Below are positions 30,100 to 43,900 of a DNA stretch of 64,000 nucleotides, piece by piece. Made by a program: the position numbers and the translations under genes. The stretch's first letter is position 1. The number at the start of each line of letters is the position of its first letter. The stretch covers positions 3,508,760-3,572,759 of the forward strand of contig CM082576.2 in NCBI GenBank assembly GCA_040954595.2, read 5' to 3'. The stretch is from Balanoglossus misakiensis. Lineage: Eukaryota > Animalia > Hemichordata. The notes under the pieces were generated by a model. That model saw only the letters and a program-made list of their open reading frames with translations. It was not told the DNA's origin and did not search any database.

Positions 30100-33000
30100 T
30101 CAGCACTGTCTGACTGCATCCGGATACTTTGTCTTCAGTTCTTCCTTAAACTGCCGGAAAAGCAGTTTGTTCCGTTGGTTTTCTTCGTCTTTCTTGGAGT
30201 GGAAAGTTTCTGCTGTCTTGAACCCCTTGTGAAGGATGAACGCACTGTCAATAATTGCAAAGTTGTACCCTGATATGTGGACCTCACACACCTGTGAACA
30301 GAGAACAGACTGTGTGAGACGGGTTGACACTCGGGACAAGCAGACATGACAGGTGTGGATAGACAGTTTGTGAGAATGAAGGAAACTAGATCAGGTGAAT
30401 GGCATTGGAGATATTCAGACAACAGCCAAGCAGACAGACATTGATGGGCGACAGACACGTAGACAGAAAACAGACAACGGCATAATAAACCAACAACATT
30501 ATATACAGACATTGACATCTATTATATACCCCAGGCCAAGAATTAGAAAAAGGGTCTTTTATCATTTATACTTTAACACTGCTTCAGTGGTTGTACTATC
30601 AGTCTATTGCACGCATAATAATATTCATGAATTTTTAAGCGAGTGAGTAGGAGTATACCGGGGCGTCTGTCTCAAATTTTGACATTGCCATGGTTACGAG
30701 ACAAGTCCCCTTGAGCAGGCTGAATGAGTTGTCATATGCAGATGTTTCCGTCAGAGAGTGAAAAGAATCTTGGTATGTATTTCATCAAGCAGCTTGTGTT
30801 ACTACAAGAGATTGTTTTCAAAGAAGGATGGCACAGCAGTTGACAAGTTTGATAGTTTATCAAGATAAGTTTCTTCCACAAGACCAAATTTTCTGACTTT
30901 AATTGGTTCCAAGGTTACTGTCAAAACTTCAGCTGCACTTTTTTGAGTTGAGAAACCTGTGTGCGATAGGCAAAGTATAAATATTTCTGTACCTGACTTA
31001 TGCGGTTAAAACCATACTGTTTGAACCTTTCATCATACTTGGGTATATTTCTATTTGCAATGTACAGCGGTTCCCACGGAGGCATCCATTCCACTTCATA
31101 GGCAATATTAAACTTGCTCGACGACACGGGCTGTGAAACGAATGGAAACAATTTCATGAGAATGTTCGAGATGATACTGATCTTAAACCATTCAGGCATA
31201 TCACAAGAGCTACAAGGGAAAAACACCCTACCATATCATTTCCTCTCTGACCTGATGAGCATATACACATGTACATCAGGGAACCCAGGTATCAGACCAA
31301 TTATTCTGTGTACAAAAATAGACAACCACCACTGGCTTGTGGGGCTAAACAGGGATTTCCCAATTTGTACACTTTACTGTTTGTTCTAAAATAATGCTGT
31401 TGGAATGCCATTGCATTTAAATGCCATTTCCACCTGTTTTCCCCTTGGACTCTTAAAGTGTAACTCTCCCAGTTTTCAAGTGGAGTAGTCAAAACTTGTG
31501 TGAGGGCAAAGAGGTGACCAGACTCAACAGATACAAGGAATTGCATGCGAAGAGAGTAGACATCTGAAGTCATGTGTAAAAAGTTTTACATCTCCACATA
31601 ACTTGCGTCTAGTGGGCTATAACCGTGAACGAACTGACATTGCAGACATGCCCTTGTTGCCAGGACAGGACCACTTGACTCATATCGAAGAAAATGCTAT
31701 AATTCCTTGGTGGGGTGTTCATGATTTTTTTATCTGGGTCACTTAAGAGCCTGCGCTAGATTGTAAACTTTATTTATCAACAACAAAACTATTTCACAAG
31801 TATGTGTATTTGTATGTATACCGTCACCTATGCAAAAATTTTAATATACCCATATATGGTCATTCAAAGACAGCCTCCTTGCTCATTTGACCATATATGG
31901 GGCATATGTAAATTAGAGGTGACTGTATTCCTTCAATGGTGTTGAGGATTGAAAAAAAAAATGCTTGACTACTTTTACCAAGTTTGCAAAAAATACTGGC
32001 CTTCTGAGTTAAGATGTCAAACTGTCAGCAGATTCAGTTGGCAGAAATACATGAAATGTACATTATTGATGGATGGAAACGAACAAAGCAACTGGAGCAT
32101 GCCAGGTTTATGATAGCCAGATGAAATTAATGGCTTTTTGAATGTTGCGGTGCAAACACACCACCTGCGATCAAGTCAAGTGTGTCAATGGCTCTAAGTC
32201 ATTCAATTATTGAAGTGTTTTGTGGCTGTTATTTTGAGGAAAGTGCAACGACGGAGAAGAAACAGATAGAGGCGCACCTGGTTTTTGTATACATGTGGAA
32301 ACTTGCACTTCCGCGTTAATTGCATGGCATTGTCACTCAGCCTGTTCATTTCCAAAGCACTCAGACGACATTATCAATTTCAAGGTGATGATCAATTCCC
32401 CTTTAGTTTACCCTTCTGATTTAGGTATATATTCATATTGAAGGCTGATAAAAAACATTCCTGGTAGCCAAATAATCTCTCCTGTAGAGATATTCTAGGT
32501 GGCTATTCCAGGTCCCTATGCATACTTACATGAAAGTTTTTCCACTTTTCATAATCTGTGTGCCTCTGGCACTTCTCGCACATTTCCTGATAAAACGGTC
32601 GCACCTGTCCCTTCTCCCAGAGATCCACCAATTCCTCTCTGCTTCCCGGGAAAACAGTTATTTTGTCGTGGACTTCAAACACCGGGAGGACATAGACCAG
32701 ACTGGGAGACTCCTCCATCTCCCATTGCATCGACTGCTTCTTGGTCAGGATGAACTCCTTGAACTGGTGCCGAAGCTCACCGCTCGGAAGCATGTCGATG
32801 TCCAGGACCAAGAGATACTCAGTGGCACTGCCATACCAGGCCACGTTCCGGAGAAGGTTGTTCGGGTAAGGCACGTCTCGCAAGGCGTAATTGTCCTCGA
32901 ATCGGTCAAACCCCCGTATCCATGACAACACCTTGTCGCACGGAACTTTGATGTCGACGTCTTCGTCGTCAAAGTCGAAGTCCCCCCGCTCCTGGATTTC

Positions 33001-33519
33001 TTTCATCTCTCCGAGGGGAGCAACAAGATGAAAAGAGACCACGCTGCGGATTTTGGGGAAGCAGTGTCTGAGATGAGCGATGACTATGAAAATAGATGTG
33101 ATGTTCGGCTTCGGTGAAAATATCGTCACTGAGATTGGCCCGTTCCACCTTTCGGCCAAAGCTTGTACGTGATGAAGCCTGTTGAGAGAACACTGGGTTA
33201 CTATGGTAACATCATCCTTGATGATAACCCCCTTTGTTATTTTCTCGCTTGGAACTAGGAATCTGTGTACCTGGTAGTTGCCGCTTGAATCGAGGCCAAC
33301 TTCGGAGAACTTGTTTTTGGGACGAGATGATTTCTTCGCTGAATGGGAAGGTCTGGATTTCTTCCCTTCGTTCTGCTTTCCGCGCGCGTCAACCCGGGAC
33401 AACATCGCCAGGTGAATGACCTGGAGAACGACAATGATCGCCACCAGTATCACTATCAGTTTACTCGTCGAGCATCTCTGCAGCTGCTGCCTGGAGGAGC
33501 CCCAGGCGAACGAACCCAT
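30100..33519 (-). CDS. B4GAT1: Beta-1,4-glucuronyltransferase 1-like (GT49), canonical-looking copy A; exons ~33519-32530, 31130-30993, 30291-30100
   Basis: Type II TM segment; [90 protein letters not shown]. Confidence 0.9.
31821..31925. mobile_element. Tc1/mariner-type MITE in B4GAT1 intron 1
   Basis: TA-flanked termini CCGTCACCT...AGGTGACTG, plus an internal perfect 14-bp inverted repeat CCCATATATGGTCA (31849-31862) / TGACCATATATGGG (31888-31901). Confidence 0.7.
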
Positions 33520-34272
33520 GGCCGTTCTCAGGCGATGTTCGAGCAAGCTCTGCAGCCTGCAAGTGCCCAACGCGATCGACGCTCAGTTCGATTTCATGTT
33601 TCCGGTCGCAACACTAATGGACAGACGCCGCTACATTTTCAGCGAGCCCGTCAACGCGATCGCGATCAAAACTTTGCATGAACACACACTACTCGGCGCT
33701 GTTCACATATAAGCCTTGCGATGTGTATTGTGTGCGACTGCCGTCTGATGATCACCCAACCAAAATACAATGTACAGTGAAATGGACTTCCGCATTCGTG
33801 ACGCATGCGTATTCATACTAATGGAAGGCCATCCAAATTTAATTGCATTTGATACGCATTGTGTAAAACTATTCAAGGTTACTTATTTGTAACAATTCGA
33901 AAATAACCTCAAAGCTACAACTGTCTGCTGGAAGTGTAATCAGTTTGGTAATGTACGCGCAACTGAACATGAACATTTCCCAATGGAGTTTATTCTCGAC
34001 ACTAGAGGGAGTCATCCACCGTCAGTAGTAAAAAATCCAGCTCCAACAACTTCAATATTTCTCAATTTATTCAATAAGAGTTATGACTGACCACTCTTCA
34101 TGCATTAATGTCCCCTTGAAAGAACATAAATATACAAATCTGGAAAAATCATGGGGAAAGAGGACAATCATTGCATAAACTATATTGTTTGCTTCAAGAT
34201 ACGTTTTCCCTTTATTAATATGTTAATTATTGGGTGAAAGACTTGTTGGCAACCACAGAACAACCACTTGTG

Positions 34273-35937
34273 TCAGACGCAATGTCTGGAAGAATCTGGA
34301 TACTGCCTCCTCAGATCATGTTCAAACTTCTGCAACTTCAAGTTGTCTCCTTCAGCATCCAAACTGGTGTTGTTGGATTTAAATCGCTTTTGCACAACAA
34401 AGGCGTCATCCAGTACAGCAAACTTGTAACCAGCCAGGTGCAGTTCACAGATCTGTGGTAGGAAAGATTTTAGATGAAATTATAATATTCATTTTTTTAA
34501 ATCTGTGATGATCAGTCTATTTGTCATTCATGGTGTTACTTTTTGTTAAAACAAATGGAGAATGCAGAAAATGAAATTAATATTATACACATATTGACTG
34601 GCCAAGAGGGTAACTGGGATTGACATTTGTGTTTCTGAAATCATTTTTCAATTTCAACAATGCAAACTTTACCTGGCTTGCTCTGCTCAGATCTGTTGAT
34701 CCGGTGAAGGCTTCATCATACATGGGCATATCTCTGCTTCCAATAAAATACACTCCCCATGGACTCTGTGCCTCTGTTTCATATGCGATGTTCAGATAAA
34801 GACCTCGTTCTGGACCCATCTAAGAGACAAGCACGGATAAAAGGAAAATAAAATCATGACAATAATACACTTTTTAGACATCCCCACCCCGGCAAATTGT
34901 CATAATTGGCTGTAGGTGTTCTCCCTGAAGACTAATTCCCATAAACCTTCCCATAATCCAATATTACTCCACATCTACACTGTAACAAACATATTAAAAC
35001 TAGTTTTATTTAAATCCTTCACCTGAATATTTCTCCACTGATTGTAATTTATGAAGGATTTTTGAGGGCTGATATAGTTTTGGTCCCAAGACTGCAGTAG
35101 CTCAGCCTTGTACTTTGGCACCATCGGTGTCTGTTCACTGTGGACCGCAAAGCCAGGGGTGACAAAAACTCTCTCTTCGTTCTCCAGCACAAACCCAGCC
35201 TTGATTGACCTTTCCTGCATGAATGCCTTGAAGTTCTGCTCAAGTTCACCACTCGGCAGAAAGTCAATGTCGAGCGGGAAGATGAACTTCGTGATGGTTT
35301 CCTTCCACGCAATGTTTCGAAGCAGATTCGTAGGGTATGTTTCGTTTTTACTTTCACTTGTGGTCATACCCTGGTCCATCATCACGACATTGCACGGCAC
35401 TTTGAGGCCCATTTCGTCACCTCCTTGCAAATCGTCAGGGTCGCTGTCTGCCTCTGGACCATCAGTGCGCACAACAATATGGAAGGACACGTGTTGCTTG
35501 ACTGGAGGGTAGCAGCGCCTCAGGTTAGTGATGGTGCTCAGGAGTGACGCTACATCCCCGGTAACCACGGCAACTGATATCGGTGCGCTCCATCTCTCGG
35601 CCAGTGCCGCTAAAAGGGCCACCTCCGCATCAGTGCAGTGCGTTGCTATGGTTACGTCTTCCTGCTGCACTTTACCCCACACCATTGCCTCGCTGGCGAC
35701 AAGGTAACTGTGGATCTTGTATTTCCTGCTTGCATCCTGAGCGATAACTGCAAACCTCACATTGTGTCTGGCTACTCCCATCGCTTTCGAGTCCGACTCT
35801 TTTGCAATTCTCTTTTCCCATCGAGATGGAGAAAGTATACTCGACATCTGTCGCAGCAAAACGAAAAGTGCCACGACAACGACAAGGGTCTTCAGTGACA
35901 GTTTACGTTTTGGAATCAGCCAACTTGCCACTTTCAT
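34273..35937 (-). CDS. B4GAT1-like paralog, divergent copy B; exons ~35937-35023, 34819-34673, 34452-34273
   Basis: Same 3-exon layout as copy A; DVTIATHC, WSAPISVAV, YPTNLLRNIAW, DIDFLPS, CELHLAGYKFAVLDDAFVV. Open frame through to TGA at 34273. Confidence 0.85.
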
Positions 35938-36719
35938 ATCTGAAGTTTGTGGCCACAATAGTGACGAGGAAAACTTACACACTCCACTGTGTCATGGTTT
36001 TCGACAAATGTATCCATTGGAAACGAAACCTTGCAACATTATTTCCGATGTTTCACACGAACATTTCTAGCTAAAGTATTACCCGCGTATGGTTTCATCG
36101 TGTACGTACCAGGAAGAGTGCATGACCCTTGACCCACGATGTTTATCTTGGTTGATTTCACTTCCGCATTTTTTGCGACTGCGTACGCGTACGTACGCGT
36201 CGCGAGTGTAACAAGGGCAAGTGAAACTAACACACATACATTACAAAACCGTCAACACTGGATTTTCTACGTTTAATTTATATGTGTGCATACAAGCACA
36301 CTACGAATATGTGTACGTATAAACACAATATGGTGTATAATTCGGAAACAATTAAGAAAAACAAGAAAACAACAGAAATATATTTATTAGGGAGTCTGTT
36401 CCTTAAAAATGTGACGTCATATCACATGAGAAAGCAGCTCATGTAACGTAAAGACTACCAGTGTACAGTGAACGAAGGAAAGGGGAATATACCAAGTCTA
36501 GTTTTATTACTGTGTGAAATTTATACACCATGATACTTTGACACATCGAAGTTTTCGGTCATGACAACAATCGACGGCACATCCTCACTGAAAAAGTCTT
36601 CAATGTTGTGTTTCAAGTGATCTACCGTAGCCGCTGTCGTCCATGTTAACTTACTTCCTTTCGACTTCGCTTTTGTAATTTGGCTGTAATAATTTGCCGG
36701 GGTCTGTTAAACACTACAA

Positions 36720-39700
36720 ATGTGGCATAATACCATCGGCGTGACATGTTGCCGTGTCCTAGCGGTCGTGTACACGTACGTGACAGTGTTTTGCGGTGGA
36801 CACAGCCAGGAAGGTAAATGATGTTATTCACTTATTCAGTTATTGTTTTGTTTTATTTTTAACAACACACAAAGACGTGTTCAGCCTTCGGGGTATTGTT
36901 AGCTGCCCATGAAATAATTTATAAAAGCCTCAGCAAGAAATCTACCAATGTTACCAGTGAAACTGGAAGCTACTGATAAGGCACAAACACAGTACAAAAG
37001 CCTCAAATAAATTGATATGAGTATGGCAACACCATATCCATATCAATATCCATATTTATAATAGTTTCATTTATTCTGTCACACCCAGCTACCACCATGA
37101 TATCAGGTTTTTCTGACTTCTGCGTGGATCCTGGAGTGCCTGAACATGCCATACGAAATCCCCCTGTTGGAGTAGGCGTTTTCTATGCTGGTTCAAAAGT
37201 GCGCTATACCTGCGAGGAGAACTACAAGCTGAAAGGCTCACCAGTCTTGCAGTGTGTGGCCGGTGGTGCTTGGTATGAAGATATGGGGGCCCCATCATGT
37301 GTTGGTAAGTGTGTGAAAGTTTCATTAATATAAAGATTTCTTTCAAATTATATATTGGTCCCTTGGAAGGTATACTGGTAGTATTCTTGATAGACACACC
37401 CCCTAGACGTAAGACCTGACAAAAAATGTCTGAAGAATACTGACGTTAGTTTGTGGGTGTTACCCAACCCAAGTCTCGTAAAGATATATACGAAGATTGG
37501 AAACATAATAAGAAAACTGTGCAGAAAGGTCATTTGGATTAACATGGTTCTTTTGCAGGTGATTAAACGTGGCATTTTCTCTGGAACTATTTGGACAGAG
37601 AGAGTTATATCACAGTGACGTTGGTTTCTGTGCTGTCAAGTATCAGATGCAGTCATAAAAAGTCTAATAAAACTGATTAACCGAAAAGAATGTTTCATAA
37701 TCGCAAAATTGACATTTTCATGGATTTGAGATACTGATTAATATAACGCTGCTTTTTAAAATTCTTTTCTCTGTCCCTAAACACAGCTATCCAGGAATGT
37801 CGTTTGCCCACCATATTGCAGGGCTTTATTTGGGGTGAAATGTTGGGGGAAGACCGCAACAGCTTCAAGCCTGGTGGAGTTGCCCATGTTGGGTGTTATG
37901 ACAGGTTTTATCTGAGTGACGAGTCACTTCAAGAGAACCGTTGTCAGAAGAACGGGAAATGGGCAAACCCATGGCCACAGTGTCTCGGTAAGTACAACTG
38001 AACACAGACATGGAAAATATGTGGCGCTTATTTTTATGGCGTGTACAGAGGTTATACATCTCATGAATTGGGTGTTGAATAACAGAGGTTGACCACTCTC
38101 AGTTGCTGGGTCACTTGATATGGCAAGAGCAATATCGTCACCAGGAAGGAAATCTTGTGGCTACTGCACTGTGTTTCCACATCTGTTTCCTCTTCATTGT
38201 TGTTGCACTTTCATTGTAAACCTTTATTGATTTGAAAGGGAAGTTTGATCTTTCATGGGTAATACTGAGTGAGAAATAGGTAGGAGTTGTGAAACAAGGC
38301 CACATCACCCTCATAACAACAAACATGCAGGATGATTCCAAAGCCACATTTCTTATCAAACACAACACAGACACCCCAACAATCCACATACTTTCATGAA
38401 GATGAGTCTTTGATGATGTGTTTTCCATCTATCTAGTCGGCTGTGGCAAGCCTCCAGATGTCGAGCAGAGCACCCACTACATCTCGGCTGACTACTCGCG
38501 TGTTTTCAAGCAGGGCACCACCGCCACTTACAGATGCACCTCGGGATACACGATAATCGGCGATGCCCAGTTACAGTGCGGAGAAGACGGCACTTGGAAA
38601 GGAAGTCAACCGACATGCGGTAAGCAGATTTTTTTATTGGGAGGGGGAAATTGTTTTTTCATATTTGATAACAAGGACAATATGCTCCAATTATTGTTCC
38701 ATATCATGACGTGTTTCCTCAGATTCCCTAGAGTAATGATCCTTTCTTTCTATCTGGTCGTTACAGAAAGATTCTGCCAAGATAAACCTACTGGCAGCAT
38801 TGAAAATGGCTACTTTTTAATCCACGGCGAAGTGGCTGAGGCCAATGAGTACAAGAGCGGCACGCAGGTGCTGTACTACTGTAACCTGGGCTACTCTCTG
38901 GTTGGCGACACAAAACTCATATGTCGAAACGGAGCATGGGTTGGAATGCTTCCCAAATGCAGTACGTATCTGTATCCAACAATCTCTTGATTGCAGAATT
39001 TAATATCAGACTTGCTATAATGTTAGTGTTTTCTTGAAGCCGTGGCCTGGTGGCCAATGCCTCTGTTTACCAACTTACATTGCAGAGGTATATATGTTGA
39101 ATGAAGTTTTGTGCGATTAGACTAGACAGCATTGACCTTTGTACCAAATAATTGTATGGGTTTCCTCGCAGTGAAAGCATGTTCCATGCCCAAAAGCTCT
39201 CCGCACGGTTACATCATCACCAGCAGACAGACCTTTCCAGTTGGAAGCACAGTGAGATATTCATGTGAGGAAGGCTATCGACTTGAGGGCGATTGTCACA
39301 CGATCCACATCAATGAGTGTGAAAGGGAGTGTTTGGGAAGCGGTAGCTGGTCGGGCAGTCCTCCGATTTGTATCTCCATGCAGCTAACTGGTAAGTGAAG
39401 TTCTTGTACATCTTATTTTTCAGCACACTGATGTATGCAGACATTTATGCACAGTACATAAAAATGAAATTTCCAAATGAACATGTTGAAAAAGAGCTGA
39501 AAATTATTGAGACATCACACATTTGATATTCCATTACCAGGGTATTGCAGCGATCCCGGTACACCAGCCCATGGCACTCGGTGTTGCCAGGATACGTTCC
39601 AGTCAGGAGATAAGCTCAGTTTCTACTGTAATGAAGGCTATGAAAAGACTGGCTCTTCTGAAAGGACCTGTCTGAACGACGGAACCTGGTCAGGCTCTCA

Positions 39701-40969
39701 GCCTGTCTGCTACCCTGGTGAGTGTCATGCCTTTCATTCCTCTGACACGTTGAGTGCGCTGGTCAATATTATTTGCAGAATGTACCATTGAATTCCATCA
39801 AGATCTGTTCTCTCTGCATTAACAGAAGTGAAATCTTACAGAAAAATAACTTCATCTTTTTTTTTTTTTCACAGCAAGGGCCAGCATAACAGCTGCACCT
39901 CAAGTTGACGGCATCTTCCTCACAAACACCACATTGACTATTGTCATAGCAACAACGGGGACTGTGCTGGGTGTCTTAATCATTGTTATACTGTTGAGTA
40001 TAAGACAGTGCCACTATCGCAATCGACGGATGTGTCGGTCGCTGCCAATGCGGCACTCTCATCGACGGGCCAATTTTACGGCGACCCCTGAAGACATCGA
40101 CAGAGTAGCCCTCATAGCCTACGCCAACGGTTTGGAAGTGGTGTTGCCTTCCTACGAAGAAGCCACAGCGTCTGGGCCGAGATCTCGTCCGCCGTCTTTC
40201 ACCGAGACCAGTCCATCGGCGTCGGACAACAACAACAGCGCACCTGCACCGCCACTTCCCGGCCCTGTTCCGCTGACTCCGAGAGCGCATTCGTCGCGGT
40301 TTCGCTTGCCACGAATACCGAGAAGTCTGCGCGTGCCCCCGCCACCGCCACTGAGTGTGCTGGACAACAGGCAGGACCATCGGGTGCTGCCGAGTGTCCA
40401 TGCAGGTCACTCAGCTGAGGCTGGTGTGCAAACACAGGACAGTGGTTCACTTGGTGACCGTACGCCCTCTAGTGGTGACAATGAACAGGAAGGCGAGGCT
40501 CTGGCAGATGATAGAACAGCAGACACTGCTGGCTTGTTGCTGCTTGAAAATGAAATTGCGCAGGTCAGTTCAAGACCAGACACGGATACTACAACATGTA
40601 CCAACGATCCAACAGAGGAAGATGACGAGCCATTGTTAACTGACCTAGGGGGTCCAGCAGAAGTAGCACCCCTGGAAAATGTGGAAAGTGGTATGTAGAC
40701 ATGTCAGTGTATTTGGGGAAAGATAACATCAGAAATTTAGTATGTTTATATCATGATGCATCTGTTATAAATGTAGGTGCTCTATATTTTCATATGTTTC
40801 TTTTTCTGTTCTCTCTTCAGAAGAAGCAGTGGAAGCAATCCCAGAAAACTCTCAGCCACCGGTCAGCTCCTCGGAGGAAAGGGCAGTGAACCCATCAGAA
40901 GATCCGGAAAGGGAAACACCCGGCAATCCAGAACTTGATGAGAATCCAGACTCTTCTCCCGACAACTGA
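36720..40969 (+). CDS. Sushi/CCP-domain type I membrane protein, SUSD4/SUSD6-like, with six CCP modules; exons ~36720-36813, 37089-37304, 37788-37988, 38438-38620, 38768-38961, 39172-39390, 39541-39716, 39875-40690, 40821-40969
   Basis: Signal-peptide-like exon 1; six phase-1 exons each with C..P..G..Y.C..GY.L.G...C...G.W....P.C; TM segment IVIATTGTVLGVLIIVILLSI; cytosolic DRVALIA..VVLPSYEEA. AATAAA at 42206-42211. Confidence 0.85.
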
Positions 40970-43900
40970 AATCTCCAGGATATCACATTCTGACTTACAG
41001 AAATTCAGGCAGGCATGATCATGCCTACATGCACACACACACACATATACACAGACAGACTCATACTCCAACAAGCCAACATCATGTTACTCTTATAGTG
41101 GCAATCATATGACCTTTTTGACGTCCTGTGAGTCACTCAGTTTGTCATTCACTTGGCAAGATCAGGGCTTAATCTCTGTGACATCCTCTGTGTCTTTCTT
41201 TTGTAATTAGGAATTGAAACTCTTCTATGTATTATCTTGCCTGCATTCCTAGGCCCCCTGGTATTTAACTTAGCACCCTGGAAATCAGACAGGTTTTTAT
41301 TTGCCATATATACAACATATTTACACAGGATACTAAATTCTAAATGATCAAATGAGAGATTGCGACGACAAACAGGCAAAGAAGGGGAATTAAAACCAAG
41401 TAGTAAAATACAGCATTTATTCATTATTGATTTTAGGAGATACATATACTTTTGGCCAAAATGGGCGTACATAATGTGCTTAATACAGACTCGGTATTTG
41501 GAATCACAGGGCACATTTGACATATATATATATATAGGATTGTAACCTTGAACTAGGAGGTGACCATTGTATGAAATGTACATTGAACTTTGTGCTTGTA
41601 TTCAAGAGGAGGGTGTTTTCTATTTGTAAAAAAGTTGCATCAGTGGTTGGTTGTAACCATGGTAGTACAGGGATATTATTGAGATTGCGAAGATACCACA
41701 GCACTGCCAGAGTTTTAATCTGTGTCACTAAGCAGCAGCTGTTCCTACCATTCCCTGATAAAAGCCCCTGAACAGAAGGCTATTGTCTGTGTGCATGCGC
41801 GCGCTGGATCTTGGATACACACAGGATACATAGCATGTTGAAGTGAGACCTCTAGTGGCAATAATTGTATTGGGTCAAAGGTCAAAGTACCAGTAACGCG
41901 TGGAGAGGTTAAGCCTTAGGTTGCGTTGTTCAATGGGAGGGGTATGGGGAAACATGTATTGGTGGAAGTCTGGAAAACAGACTCAAAGTGTACGCACACA
42001 ACCAGTCAAAAATGGGTTGACATCACATTGCATAAACACTGCATCAAGTGTACATTTGGTGCTGTGCATCTCGGTCAAATTGCATATGTTGATTTTAATT
42101 TGAATCGTTTCAAATTCTGTGTAATTAATTTTTAATCTGTTCAATATCTTGTATTTATTTTAACCCTCGTTGAAAATTAACGTTGTTGTGATGTACATAT
42201 TCTCCAATAAAACCCCGCAGGTTTCCAGCACCTGTTATTATGACCGGAATAGACGTGGGTAGACAGTGTTGCAAAGAGAGTGTGGGTTTTTAAAACTAAC
42301 CATAATAGGTTTTCACGTTTTTCCATATGTATGTTTTTCAGAATTGGGAGGTTTGGTGGACTATCATTTTGGTGTCCCTGAGTTGAATACATGTACTACC
42401 TTAAAGCGATCTTGACTGTGATCAAAGCCAAACAAAGTGTTAGGACAACTGGCATTGACAAGAGTTTGCTGGCAGGTAGTCCACCTTATTAAGCAGTCGG
42501 GCACAAACATTTTTTCCAGTTGCATATTGTGCCAGTGGCAGGTCAAGGTCGGAACTCAGTGACACGCCTTGGAATAAACTCCAAAGTCTAGTTACACTAT
42601 CTCTGCAGGTCCAAAAGTAGCATATGTTTGTTTGACAAGTTAATTGCAGTACACACAAACCAGAATTTCAGGTAGTAACAATTTGAAGTTATTTAACTAA
42701 AAAAGATAGAAAAGTTGAACCATAAATTACAAAGTAAACCAGAATTTCAGATCAGCCAAATTCTGAGGGGTTCGTCTTCAGCCAATGAGATTTGTGTAAG
42801 TGACAAAATTATCGTCAAAATTTGGTGTTTTCGTCAAGGTTATGTGTAGCACCGACGGGTCGGGGGAAACCCCGTCTGATCACTTGTTAAATCATATTAC
42901 GATGAAAATGAACCTGTTGTAGCTGTTTTGCTGTTCCTGGCACTCTTTGTGTGAAGTAAGTAGGTCACACGTGATAAACTCATGATTAAACTCCTGGTTC
43001 TCTGGGTGAAATTCCATCGATCATAATCTGAGCCTTAATTAGCCTGAGCTCCATGAGTGACAGCTGTCAGAGGTCCCACCATATCGTGCCAATCGTACTT
43101 ACTCAAAGTCTATGATCCACCTGTTGATATTTTCGGGTAAACATGCTGATTTAGCTTAATTGGCTAATAAAAATGGTCATTCCGGTGGAATGCTGGTAGG
43201 GGACCAGGCCATGGCAACCAGACCTTGGCAGGTCTGGGTCCCAACCCGGATTGTCCGGTAAAATACGTCAAAATATCATCAACATTGGATGACTTCTGTG
43301 CATTGAATAGTTTGAGTGCAACATTTTACCTCTGATTTTCACTGTCCAGCTTTCATGTTTAGATTGTAGAAGGTCGAAAACACTTGGTCCAAATATTATA
43401 TAGTTATGAGTCATGCGCGTTCGAATTGTTTTATAATAGGACCCCAGTCTGTCAGCTGCAGCCAGCCAATCAGAGGAGAACGCTAATACCTGGGCAACAA
43501 CAGCAGTTTTTTATTTGCCCGAACCGATATTAGAACTTAATTTTGAGGGTTTAATGGATGTCCTTAAATTGTCACGTCGGATTTGCTGTTGCAATCGAAT
43601 TTATGGCTCGTTTACACAGTGTTTTACTGACGAATGATATTTTAGATATTTTACAACGACAGTACATCATTGCCAGCTGGACGTCCTTCAACAATTGAAA
43701 TGCATACTTTACGTTGTAAAACCCATTCAACGAGGTCAAAGATACAACACAACATAAGATAAGTTTAAAAACATGCAAGCGGCCTTTTTGTATTACACCA
43801 ACCACAGAACGAGACAAAGGATTTTGCCTCTTCTCTGCAGAGGGTCAACGACCACCACGGTTCCAAATACAGACAACGCTCACTTTTCACAGACTCGATA

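Noticed and set aside
8940-35937. Sialyltransferases plus B4GAT1 copies as one co-regulated glycosylation cluster
   Set aside because: The two families act in different pathways and are separated by MED29-PAF1. Independent tandem duplications explain the pattern without further evidence.
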